Under the pieces are notes generated by a model that had not been told where the DNA came from, did not search any database, and saw only the letters and a list, made by a program, of their open reading frames with translations. Positions 42,401 through 56,600 of a DNA stretch of 64,000 nt are shown in pieces. This stretch comes from Eledone cirrhosa (taxonomy: Eukaryota), in assembly GCA_964016885.1 (NCBI GenBank), contig OZ024740.1, positions 15,190,001 through 15,254,000 on the forward strand, read 5' to 3'. Every line of letters starts with the position of its first letter. The first letter of the stretch is position 1. The position numbers and the translations under genes are program-made.

Positions 42401-45400
42401 TTCCCACTAAACAGAGGTGTGAAATATAGGATGTTTTAAACACCTTCATGGCTATATTTCCCACTAAACAGAGGTGTAGAATATAGGATGTCTTAAACCC
42501 CTTCATGGTTATATTTCACACTAAACAGAGGTGTGGAATATAGGATGTTTAAAACACCTTCATGGTTATATTTCCCACTAAACAGAGGTGTGAAATATAG
42601 AATGTTTTAAATACCTTCATGGTTATATTTCCCAATAAACAGAGGTGTGAGATATAGGATGTTTTAAACACCTTCATGGTTATATTTCCCACTAAACAGA
42701 GGTGTGCAATATAGGATGTTTTAAACACCTTCATGGTTATATTTCCCACTAAACTGAGGTGTGAAATATCGGATGTTTTAAACAACTTCATGGTTATATT
42801 TCCCACTAAACAGAGGTGTGAAATATAGGATGTTTTAAACACCTTCATGGTTATATTTCCCACTAAACAGAGGTGTGAAATATAGGATGTTGTAAACACC
42901 TTCATGGTTACATTTCCCACTAAACAGAGGTGTGTAATATAGGATGTTTTAAACACCTTCATGGCTATATTTCCCACTAAACAGAGGTGTGAAATATAGG
43001 ATGTTTTAAACACCTTCATGGTTATATTTCCCACTAAACTGAGGTGTGAAATATCGGATGTTTTAAACACCTTCATGGTTAAATTTCCCACTAAACAGAG
43101 GTGTGAAATATAGGATGTTTTAAACACCTTCATGTCTATATTTCCCACTAAACAGAGGTGTGGAATATAGGATGTCTTAAACCCCTTCATGGTTATATTT
43201 CACACTAAACAGAGGTGTGGAATATAGGATGTTTAAAACACCTTCATGGTTATATTTCCCACTACACAGAGGTGTGAAATATAGGGTGTTGTAAACACCT
43301 TCTTGATTATATTTCCCACTAAACAGAGGTGTGAAATATAGAATGTTTTAAATACCTTCATGGTTATATTTCCCAATAAACAGAGGTATGAAATATAGGA
43401 TGTTTTAAACACCTTCATGGTTATATTTCCCACTAGACAGAGGTGTGAAATATAGGATGTTTTAAACACCTTCATGGTTATATTTCCCACTAAACAGAGG
43501 TGTGAAATATAGGATGTTTTAAACACCTTCATGGTTATATTTCCCACTACACAGAGGTGTGAAATATAGGATGTTGTAAACACCTTCATGATTATATTTC
43601 CCACTAAACAGAGGTGTGAAATATAGAATGTTTTAAATACCTTCATGGTTATATTTCCCAATAAACAGAGGTGTGAAATATAGGATGTTTTAAACACCTT
43701 CATGGCTATATTTCCCACTAAACAGAGGTGTGAAATATAGGATGTTTTAAACACCTTCATAGCTATATTTCCCACTAAACAGAGGTGTGAAATATAGGAT
43801 GTTTTAAACACCTTCATGGTTATATTTCCCACTAAACTGAGGTGTGAAATATCGGATGTTTTAAACACCTTCATGGTTAATTTTCCCACTACACAGAGGT
43901 GTGAAATATAGGGTGTTGTAAACACCTTCATGATTATATTTCCCACTAAACAGAGGTGTGAAATATAGAATGTATTAAATACCTTCATGGTTATATTTCC
44001 CAATAAACAGAGGTATGAAATATAGGATGTTTTAAACACCTTCATGGTTATATTTCCCACTAAACAGAGGTGTGAAATATAGGATGTTTTAAACACCTTC
44101 ATGGTTATATTTCCCACTAAACAGAGGTGTGAAATATAGGATGTTTTAAACACCTTCATGGTTATATTTCCCACTACACAGAGGTGTGAAATATAGGATG
44201 TTGTAAACACCTTCATGATTATATTTCCCACTAAACAGAGGTGTGAAATATAGAATGTTTTAAATACCTTCATGGTTATATTTCCCAATAAACAGAGGTG
44301 TGAAATATAGGATGTTTTAAAGACCTTCATGGCTATATTTCCCACTAAACAGAGGTGTGAAATATAGGATGTTTTAAACACCTTCATGGCTATATTTCCC
44401 ACTAAACAGAGGTGTGAAATATAGGATGTTTTAAACACCTTCATGGTTATATTTCCCACTAAACTGAGGTGTGAAATATCGGATGTTTTAAACACCTTCA
44501 TGGTTAAATTTCCCACTAAACAGAGGTGTGAAATATAGGATGTTTTAAACACCTTCATGGTTATGTTTCCCACTAAACAGAGGTGTGAAATATAGGATGT
44601 TTTAACACCTTCATGGTTATATTTCCCACTAAACAGAGGTGTGAAATATAGGATGTTTTAAACACCTTCATGGTATTATTTCCCACTACAAAGAGGTGTG
44701 AAATATAGGATGTTTTAAACACCTTCATGATTATATTTCCCACTAAACAGAGGTGTGAAATATAGAATGTTTTAAATACCTTCATGGTTATATTTCCCAA
44801 TAAACAGAGGTGTGAAATATAGGATGATTTAAACACCTTCATGGCTATATTTCCCACTAAACAGAGGTGTGAAATATAGGATGTTTTAAACACCTTCATG
44901 GCTATATTTCCCAATAAACAGAGGTGTGAGATATAGGATGTTTTAAACACCTTCATGGTTATATTTCCCACTAAACTGAGGTGTGAAATATCGGATGTTT
45001 TAAACACCTTCATGGTTAAATTTCCCACTAAACAGAGGTGTGAAATATAGGATGTTTTAAACACCTTCATGGCTATATTTCCCACTAAACAGAGGTGTGG
45101 AATATAGGATGTCTTAAACCCCTTCATGGTTATATTTCACACTAAACAGAGGTGTGGAATATAGGATGTTTAAAACACCTTCATGGTTATATTTCCCACT
45201 AAACAGAGGTGTGAAATATAGAATGTTTTAAATACCTTCATGGTTATATTTCCCAATAAACAGAGGTGTGAGATATAGGATGTTTTAAACACCTTCATGG
45301 TTATATTTCCCACTAAACAGAGGTGTGCAATATAGGATGTTTTAAACACCTTCATGGTTATATTTCCCACTAAACTGAGGTGTGAAATATCGGATGTTTT

Positions 45401-48400
45401 AAACAACTTCATGGTTATATTTCCCACTAAACAGAGGTGTGAAATATAGGATGTTTTAAACACCTTCATGGTTATATTTCCCACTAAACAGAGGTGTGAA
45501 ATATAGGATGTTGTAAACACCTTCATGGTTACATTTCCCACTAAACAGAGGTGTGTAATATAGGATGTTTTAAACACCTTCATGATTATATTTCCCACTA
45601 AACAGAAGTGTGAAATATAGGATGTTTTAAACACCTTCATGGTTATATTTCCCACTACAAAGAGGTGTGAAATATCGGATGTTGTAAACACCTTCATGAT
45701 TATATTTCCCACTAAACAGAGGTGTGAAATATAGAATGTTTTAAATACCTTCATGGTTATATTTCCCAATAAACAGAGGTTTGAAATATAGGATGTTTTA
45801 AACACCTTCATGGCTATATTTCCCACTAAACAGAGGTGTGAAATATAGGATGTTTTAAACACCTTCATGGCTATATTTCCCACTAAACAGAGGTGTGAAA
45901 TATAGAAAGTTTTAAACACCTTCATGGTTATATTTCCCACTAAACTGAGGTGTGAAATATCGGATGTTTTAAACACCTTCATGGTTAAATTTCCCACTAA
46001 ACAGAGGTGTGAAATATAGGATGTTTTAAACACCTTCATGTCTATATTTCCCACTAAACAGAGGTGTGGAATATAGGATGTCTTAAACCCCTTCATGGTT
46101 ATATTTCACACTAAACAGAGGTGTGGAATATAGGATGTTTAAAACACCTTCATGGTTATATTTCCCACTACACAGAGGTGTGAAATATAGGGTGTTGTAA
46201 ACACCTTCATGATTATATTTCCCACTAAACAGAGGTGTGAAATATAGAATGTTTTAAATACCTTCATGGTTATATTTCCCAATAAACAGAGGTATGAAAT
46301 ATAGGATGTTTTAAACACCTTCATGGTTATATTTCCCACTAGACAGAGGTGTGAAATATAGGATGTTTTAAACACCTTCATGGTTATATTTCCCACTAAA
46401 CAGAGGTGTGAAATATAGGATGTTTTAAACACCTTCATGGTTATATTTCCCACTACACAGAGGTGTGAAATATAGGATGTTGTAAACACCTTCATGATTA
46501 TATTTCCCACTAAACAGAGGTGTGAAATATAGAATGTTTTAAATACCTTCATGGCTATATTTCCCAATAAACAGAGGTGTGAAATATAGGATGTTTTAAA
46601 CACCTTCATGGCTATATTTCCCACTAAACAGAGGTGTGAAATATAGGATGTTTTAAACACCTTCATAGCTATATTTCCCACTAAACAGAGGTGTGAAATA
46701 TAGGATGTTTTAAACACCTTCATGGTTATATTTCCCACTAAACTGAGGTGTGAAATATCGGATGTTTTAAACACCTTCATGGTTAAATTTCCCACTACAC
46801 AGAGGTGTGAAATATAGGGTGTTGTAAACACCTTCATGATTATATTTCCCACTAAACAGAGGTGTGAAATATAGAATGTTTTAAATACCTTCATGGTTAT
46901 ATTTCCCAATAAACAGAGGTATGAAATATAGGATGTTTTAAACACCTTCATGGTTATATTTCCCACTAAACAGAGGTGTGAAATATAGGATGTTTTAAAC
47001 ACCTTCATGGTTATATTTCCCACTAAACTGAGGTGTGAAATATCGGATGTTTTAAACACCTTCATGGTTAATTTTCCCACTACACAGAGGTGTGAAATAT
47101 AGGGTGTTGTAAACACCTTCATGATTATATTTCCCACTAAACAGAGGTGTGAAATATAGGATGTTTTAACACCTTCATGGTTATATTTCCCACTAAACAG
47201 AGGTGTGAAATATAGGATGTTTTAAACACCTTCATGGTATTATTTCCCACTAAACAGAGGTGTGAAATATAGGATGTTTTAAACACCTTCATGATTATAT
47301 TTCCCACTAAACAGAAGTGTGAAATATAGGATGTTTTAAACACCTTCATGGTTATATTTCCCACTACAAAGAGGTGTGAAATATAGGATGCTGTAAACAC
47401 CTTCATGATTATATTTCCCACTAAACAGAGGTGTGAAATATAGAATGTTTTAAATACCTTCATGGTTATATTTCCCAATAAACAGAGGTGTGAAATATAG
47501 GATGATTTAAACACCTTCATGGCTATATTTCCCACTAAACAGAGGTGTGAAATATAGGATGTTTTAAACACCTTCATGGCTATATTTCCCAATAAACAGA
47601 GGTGTGAGATATAGGATGTTTTAAACACCTTCATAGTTATATTTCCCACTAAACAGAGGTGTGCAATATAGGATGTTTTAAACACCTTCATGGTTATATT
47701 TCCCACTAAACTGAGGTGTGAAATATCGGATGTTTTAAACACCTTCATGGTTAAATTTCCCACTAAACAGAGGTGTGAAATATAGGATGTTTTAAACACC
47801 TTCATGGCTATATTTCCCACTAAACAGAGGTGTGGAATATAGGATGTCTTAAACCCCTTCATGGTTATATTTCACACTAAACAGAGGTGTGGAATATAGG
47901 ATGTTTAAAACACCTTCATGGTTATATTTCCCACTAAACAGAGGTGTGAAATATAGAATGTTTTAAATACCTTCATGGTTATATTTCCCAATAAACAGAG
48001 GTGTGAGATATAGGATGTTTTAAACACCTTCATGGTTATATTTCCCACTAAACAGAGGTGTGCAATATAGGATGTTTTAAACACCTTCATGGTTATATTT
48101 CCCACTAAACTGAGGTGTGAAATATCGGATGTTTTAAACAACTTCATGGTTATATTTCCCACTAAACAGAGGTGTGAAATATAGGATGTTTTAAACACCT
48201 TCATGGTTATATTTCCCACTAAACAGAGGTGTGAAATATAGGATGTTGTAAACACCTTCATGGTTACATTTCCCACTAAACAGAGGTGTGTAATATAGGA
48301 TGTTTTAAACACCTTCATGATTATATTTCCCACTAAACAGAAGTGTGAAATATAGGATGTTTTAAACACCTTCATGGTTATATTTCCCACTACAAAGAGG

Positions 48401-50900
48401 TGTGAAATATCGGATGTTGTAAACACCTTCATGATTATATATTCCACTAAACAGAGGTGTGAAATATAGAATGTTTTAAATACCTTCATGGTTATATTTC
48501 CCAATAAACAGAGGTGTGAAATATAGGATGTTTTAAACACCTTCATGGCTATATTTCCCACTAAACAGAGGTGTGAAATATAGGATGTTTTAAACACCTT
48601 CATGGCTATATTTCCCACTAAACAGAGGTGTGAAATATAGGATGTTTTAAACACATTCATGGTTATATTTCCCACTAAACTGAGGTGTGAAATATCGGAT
48701 GTTTTAAACACCTTCATGGTTAAATTTCCCACTAAACAGAGGTGTGAAATATAGGATGTTTTAAACACCTTCATGTCTATATTTCCCACTAAACAGAGGT
48801 GTGGAATATAGGATGTCTTAAACCCCTTCATGGTTATATTTCACACTAAACAGAGGTGTGGAATATAGGATGTTTAAAACACCTTCATGGTTATATTTCC
48901 CACTACACAGAGGTGTGAAATATAGGGTGTTGTAAACACCTTCATGATTATATTTCCCACTAAACAGAGGTGTGAAATATAGAATGTTTTAAATACCTTC
49001 ATGGTTATATTTCCCAATAAACAGAGGTATGAAATATAGGATGTTTTAAACACCTTCATGGTTATATTTCCCACTAGACAGAGGTGTGAAATATAGGATG
49101 TTTTAAACACCTTCATGGTTATATTTCCCACTAAACAGAGGTGTGAAATATAGGATGTTTTAAACACCTTCATGGTTATATTTCCCACTACACAGAGGTG
49201 TGAAATATAGGATGTTGTAAACACCTTCATGATTATATTTCCCACTAAACAGAGGTGTGAAATATAGAATGTTTTAAATACCTTCATGGTTATATTTCCC
49301 AATAAACAGAGGTGTGAAATATAGGATGTTTTAAACACCTTCATGGCTATATTTCCCACTAAACAGAGGTGTGAAATATAGGATGTTTTAAACACCTTCA
49401 TAGCTATATTTCCCACTAAACAGAGGTGTGAAATATAGGATGTTTTAAACACCTTCATGGTTATATTTCCCACTAAACTGAGGTGTGAAATATCGGATGT
49501 TTTAAACACCTTCATGGTTAAATTTCCCACTACACAGAGGTGTGAAATATAGGGTGTTGTAAACACCTTCATGATTATATTTCCCACTAAACAGAGGTGT
49601 GAAATATAGAATGTTTTAAATACCTTCATGGTTATATTTCCCAATAAACAGAGGTATGAAATATAGGATGTTTTAAACACCTTCATGGTTATATTTCCCA
49701 CTAAACAGAGGTGTGAAATATAGGATGTTTTAAACACCTTCATGGTTATATTTCCCACTAAACAGAGGTGTGAAATATAGGATGTTTTAAACACCTTCAT
49801 GGTTATATTTCCCACTACACAGAGGTGTGAAATATAGGATGTTGTAAACACCTTCATGATTATATTTCCCACTAAACAGAGGTGTGAAATATAGAATGTT
49901 TTAAATACCTTCATGGTTATATTTCCCAATAAACAGAGGTGTGAAATATAGGATGTTTTAAACACCTTCATGGCTATATTTCCCACTAAACAGAGGTGTG
50001 AAATATAGGATGTTTTAAACACCTTCATGGCTATATTTCCCACTAAACAGAGGTGTGAAATATAGGATGTTTTAAACACCTTCATGGTTATATTTCCCAC
50101 TAAACTGAGGTGTGAAATATCGGATGTTTTAAACACCTTCATGGTTAAATTTCCCACTAAACAGAGGTGTGAAATATAGGATGTTTTAAACACCTTCATG
50201 GTTATGTTTCCCACTAAACAGAGGTGTGAAATATAGGATGTTTTAACACCTTCATGGTTATATTTCCCACTAAACAGAGGTGTGAAATATAGGATGTTTT
50301 AAACACCTTCATGGTATTATTTCCCACTAAACAGAGGTGTGAAATATAGGATGTTTTAAACACCTTCATGATTATATTTCCCACTAAACAGAAGTGTGAA
50401 ATATAGGATGTTTTAAACACCTTCATGGTTATATTTCCCACTACAAAGAGGTGTGAAATATAGGATGTTGTAAACACCTTCATGATTATATTTCCCACTA
50501 AACAGAGGTGTGAAATATAGAATGTTTTAAATACCTTCATGGTTATATTTCCCAATAAACAGAGGTGTGAAATATAGGATATTTTAAACACCTTCATGGC
50601 TATATTTCCCACTAAACAGAGGTGTGAAATATAGGATGTTTTAAACACCTTCATGGCTATATTTCCCACTAAACAGAGGTGTGAAATATAGGATGTTTTA
50701 AACACCTTCATGGTTATATTTCCCACTAAACTGAGGTGTGAAATATCGGATGTTTTAAACACCTTCATGGTTAAATTTCCCACTAAACAGAGGTGTGAAA
50801 TATAGGATGTTTTAAACACCTTCATGGCTATATTTCCCACTAAACAGAGGTGTGGAATATAGGATGTCTTAAACCCCTTCATGGTTATATTTCACACTAA
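39490..50900. repeat. Four consecutive copies of a 46-53-monomer higher-order repeat, with an internal 11-monomer duplication
   Basis: Equivalent GTCTTAAACCCC-marked units (ORF starts 39486, 42506, 45127, 47862, 50882) are spaced 3020, 2621, 2735 and 3020 bp, i.e. 53, 46, 48 and 53 monomers minus 1 bp. CATGTCTA-linked units lie at 40455, 43190, 46096 and 48831. An internal 627-bp repeat is marked by GGGTG at 40551/41178. Confidence 0.88.
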
Positions 50901-53699
50901 ACAGAGGTGTGGAATATAGGATGTTTAAAACACCTTCATGGTTATATTTCCCACTACACAGAGGTGTGAAATATAGGGTGTTGTAAACACCTTCATGATT
51001 ATATTTCCCACTAAACAGAGGTGTGAAATATAGAATGTTTTAAATACCTTCATGGTTATATTTCCCAATAAACAGAGGTATGAAATATAGGATGTTTTAA
51101 ACACCTTCATGGTTATATTTCCCACTAAACAGAGGTGTGAAATATAGGATGTTTTAAACACCTTCATGGTTATATTTCCCACTAAACAGAGGTGTGAAAT
51201 ATAGGATGTTTTAAATACCTTCATGGTTATATTTCCCAATAAACAGAGGTGTGAGATATAGGATGTTTTAAACACCTTCATGGTTATATTTCCCAATAAA
51301 CAGAGGTGTGAAATATAGGATGTTTTAAACACCTTCATGGCTATATTTCCCACTAAACAGAGGTGTGATATATAGGATGTTTTAAACACCTTCATGGCTA
51401 TATTTCCCACTAAACAGAGGTGTGAAATATAGGATGTTTTAAACACCTTCATGGTTATATTTCCCACTAAACTGTGGTGTGAAATATCGGATGTTTTAAA
51501 CACCTTCATGGTTAAATTTCCCACTAAACAGAGGTGTGAAATATAGGATGTTTTAAACACCTTCATGGCTATATTTCCCACTAAACAGAGGTGTGGAATA
51601 TAGGATGTCTTAAACCCCTTCATGGTTATATTTCACACTAAACAGAGGTGTGGAATATAGGATGTTTAAAATACCTTCATGGTTATATTTCCCACTACAC
51701 AGAGGTGTGAAATATAGGGTGTTGTAAACACCTTCATGATTATATTTCCCACTAAACAGAGGTGTGAAATATAGAATGTTTTAAATACCTTCATGGTTAT
51801 ATTTCCCAATAAACAGAGGTATGAAATATAGGATGTTTTAAACACCTTCATGGTTATATTTCCCACTAAACAGAGGTGTGAAATATAGGATGTTTTAAAC
51901 ACCTTCATGGTTATATTTCCCACTAAACAGAGGTGTGAAATATAGGATGTTTTAAACACCTTCATGGTTATATTTCCCACTACACAGAGGTGTGAAATAT
52001 AGGATGTTGTAAACACCTTCATGATTATATTTCCCACTAAACAGAGGTGTGAAATATAGAATGTTTTAAATACCTTCATGGTTATATTTCCCAATAAACA
52101 GAGGTGTGAAATATAGGATGTTTTAAACACCTTCATGGCTATATTTCCCACTAAACAGAGGTGTGAAATATAGGATGTTTTAAACACCTTCATGGCTATA
52201 TTTCCCACTAAACAGAGGTGTGAAATATAGGATGTTTTAAACACCTTCATGGTTATATTTCCCACTAAACTGAGGTGTGAAATATAGGATGTTTTAAACA
52301 CCTTCATGGTTATATTTCCCACTAAACAGAGGTGTGAAATATAGGATGTTTTAAACACCTTCATGGTTATATTTCCCACTAAACAGAGGTGTTGAATATA
52401 GGATGTCTTAAACCCCTTCATGGTTATATTTCACACTAAACAGAGGTGTGGAATATAGGATGTTTAAAACACCTTCATGGTTATATTTCCCACTAAACAG
52501 AGGTGTGAAATATAGAATGTTTTAAATACCTTCATGGTTATATTTCCCAATAAACAGAGGTGTGAGATATAGGATGTTTTAAACACCTTCATGGTTATAT
52601 TTTCAACTAAACAGAGGTGTGAAATATAGGATGTTTTAAACACCTTCATGGTTATATTTCCCACTAAACTGAGGTGTGAAATATAGGATGTTGTAAACAC
52701 CTTCATGGTTACATTTCCCACTAAACAGAGGTGTGAAATATAGGATGTTTAAAACACCTTCATGGTTATGCTTCCCACTAAACAGAGGTGTGAAATATAG
52801 GATGTTTTAACACCTTCGTGGTTATATTTCCCACTAAACAGAGGTGTGAAATATAGGATGTTTTAAACACCTTCATGGTATTATTTCCCACTAAACAGAG
52901 GTGTGAAATATAGGATGTTTTAAACACCTTCATGATTATATTTCCCACTAAACAGAAGTGTGAAATATAGGATGTTTTAAACACCTTCATGGTTATATTT
53001 CCCACTACAAAGAGGTGTGAAATATAGGATGCTGTAAACATCTTCATGATTATATTTCCCACTAAATAGAGGTGTGAAATATAGAATGTTTTAAATACCT
53101 TCATGGTTATATTTCCCAATAAACAGAGGTGTGAAATATAGGATGATTTAAACACCTTCATGGCTATATTTCCCACTAAACAGAGGTGTGAAATATAGGA
53201 TGTTTTAAACACCTTCATGGCTATATTTCCCACTAAACAGAGGTGTGAAATATAGGATGTTTTAAACACCTTCATGGTTATATTTCACACTAAACAGAGG
53301 TGTGGAATATAGGATGTTTAAAACACCTTCATGGTTATATTTCCCACTAAACAGAGGTGTGAAATATAGAATGTTTTAAATACCTTCATGGTTATATTTC
53401 CCAATAATCAGAGGTGTGAGATATAGGATGTTTTAAACACCTTCATGGTTATATTTCCCACTAAACAGAGGTGTGCAATATAGGATGTTTTAAACACCTT
53501 CATCGTTATATTTCCCACTAAACTGAGGTGTGAAATATCGGATGTTTTAAACAACTTCATGGTTATATTTCCCACTAAACAGAGGTGTGAAATATAGGAT
53601 GTTTTAAACACCTTCATATTTATATTTCCCAGTAAACAGAGGTGTGAAATATAGGATGTTGTAAACACCTTCATGGTTACATTTCCCACTAAACAGAGG

Positions 53700-56600
53700 T
53701 GTGAAATATAGGATGTTTAAAACACCTTCATGGTTATGTTTCCCACTAAACAGAGGTGTGAAATATAGGATGTTTTAACACCTTCATGGTTATATTTCCC
53801 ACTAAACAGAGGTGTGAAATATAGGATGTTTTAAACACCTTCATGGTATTATTTCCCACTAAACAGAGGTGTGAAATATAGGATGTTTTAAACACCTTCA
53901 TGATTATATTTCCCACTAAACAGAAGTGTGAAATATAGGATGTTTTAAACACCTTCATGGTTATATTTCCCACTACAAAGAGGTGTGAAATATAGGATGT
54001 TGTAAACACCTTCATGATTATATTTCCCACTAAACAGAGGTGTCAAATATAGAATGTTTTAAATACCTTCATGGTTATATTTCCCAATAAACAGAGGTGT
54101 GAAATATAGGATGTTTTAAACACCTTCATGGTTATATTTCCCACTAAATAGAGGTGTGAAATATAGGATGTTTTAAACACCTTCATGGCTATATTTCCCA
54201 CTAAACAGAGTTATGCAATATAGGATGTTTTAAACACATTCATGGTGATATTTCCCACTAAACAGAGGTGTGAAATATAGGATGTTTTAAACACATTCAT
54301 GGTTATATTTCCCACTAAACTGAGGTGTGAAATATCGGATGTTTTAAACACCTTCATGGTTAAATTTCCCACTAAACAGAGGTGTGAAATATAGGATGTT
54401 TTAAACACCTTCATGGCTATATTTCCCACTAAACAGAGGTGAGGAATATAGGATGTTTTAAACCCATTCATCGTTATATTTCACACTAAACAGAGGTGTG
54501 GAATATAGGATGCTTTAAACACCTTCATGGTTATATTTCCCACTAAACAGAGGTGTGAAATATAGAATGCTTTAAACACCTTCATGGTTATATTTCCCAC
54601 TAAACAGAGGTGTGAAATATAGGATGTTTTAAACACCTTCATGGTTATATTTCCCACTAAACAGAGGTGTGAAATATAGGATGTTTTAAACACCTTCATG
54701 GTTATATTTCCCACTAAACAGAGGTGTGCAATATAGGATGTTTTAAACACCTTCATGGTTATATTTCCCACTAAACAGAGGTGTGAAATATAGGATGTTT
54801 TAACACCTTCATGGTTATATTTCCCACTAAACAGAGGTGTGAAATATAGGATGTTGTAAACACCTTCATGGTTATATTTCCCACTACACAGAGGTGTGAA
54901 ATATAGGATGTTTTAAACACCTTCATGATTATATTTCCCACTAAACAGAAGTGTGAAATATAGGATGTTTTAAACACCTTCATGGTTATATTTCCCACTA
55001 CAAAGAGGTGTGAAATATAAGATGTTGTAAACACCTTCATGATTATATTTCCCACTAAACAGAGGTGTGAAATATAGAATGTTTTAAATACCTTCATGGT
55101 TATATTTCCCAATAAACAGAGGTGTGAAATATAGGATGTTTTAAACACCTTCATGGCTATATTTCCCACTAAACAGAGGTGTGAAATATAGGATGTTTTA
55201 AACACCTTCATGGCTATATTTCCCACTAAACAGAGGTGTGAAATATAGGATGTTTTAAACACCTTCATGGTTATATTTCCCACTAAACTGAGGTGTGAAA
55301 TATCGGATGTTTTAAACACCTTCATGGTTAAATTTCCCACTAAACAGAGGTGTGAAATATAGGATGTTTTAAACACCTTCATGGCTATATTTCCCACTAA
55401 ACAGAGGTGTGGAATATAGGATGTCTTAAACCCCTTCATGGTTATATTTCACACTAAACAGAGGTGTGGAATATAGGATGTTTAAAACACCTTCATGGTT
55501 ATATTTCCCACTAAACAGAGGTGTGAAATATAGAATGTTTTAAATACCTTCATGGTTATATTTCCCAATAAACAGAGGTGTGAGATATAGGATGTTTTAA
55601 ACACCTTCATGGTTATATTTCCCACTAAACAGAGGTGTGCAATATAGGATGTTTTAAACACCTTCATGGTTATATTTCCCACTAAACTGAGGTGTGAAAT
55701 ATCGGATGTTTTAAACAACTTCATGGTTATATTTCCCACTAAACAGAGGTGTGAAATATAGGATGTTTTAAACACCTTCATGGTTATATTTCCCACTAAA
55801 CAGAGGTGTGAAATATAGGATGTTGTAAACACCTTCATGGTTACATTTCCCACTAAACAGAGGTGTGAAATATAGGATGTTTAAAACACCTTCATGGTTA
55901 TGTTTCCCACTAAACAGAGGTGTGAAATATAGGATGTTTTAACACCTTCATGGTTATATTTCCCACTAAACAGAGGTGTGAAATATAGGATGTTTTAAAC
56001 ACCTTCATGGTATTATTTCCCACTAAACAGAGGTGTGAAATATAGGATGTTGTAAACACCTTCATGATTATATTTCCCACTAAACAGAGGTGTCAAATAT
56101 AGAATGTTTTAAACACCTTCATGGCTATATTTCCCACTAAACAGAGTTGTGCAATATAGGATGTTTTAAACACATTCATGGTGATATTTCCCACTAGACA
56201 GAGGTGTGAAATATAGGATGTTTTAAACACATTCATGGTTATATTTCCCACTAAACTGAGGTGTGAAATATCGGATGTTTTAAACACCTTCATGGTTAAA
56301 TTTCCCACCAAACAGAGGTGTGAAATATAGGATGTTTTAAACACCTTCATGGTATTATTTCCCACTAAACAGAGGTGTGAAATATAGGATGTTTTAAACA
56401 CCTTCATGGCTATATTTCCCACTAAACAGAGGTGAGGAATATAGGATGTTTTAAACCCATTCATCGTTATATTTCACACTAAACAGAGGTGTGGAATATA
56501 GGATGCTATAAACACCTTCATGGTTATATTTCCCACTAAACAGAGGTGTGAAATATAGGATGCTTTAAACACCTTCATGGTTATATTTCCCACTAAACAG

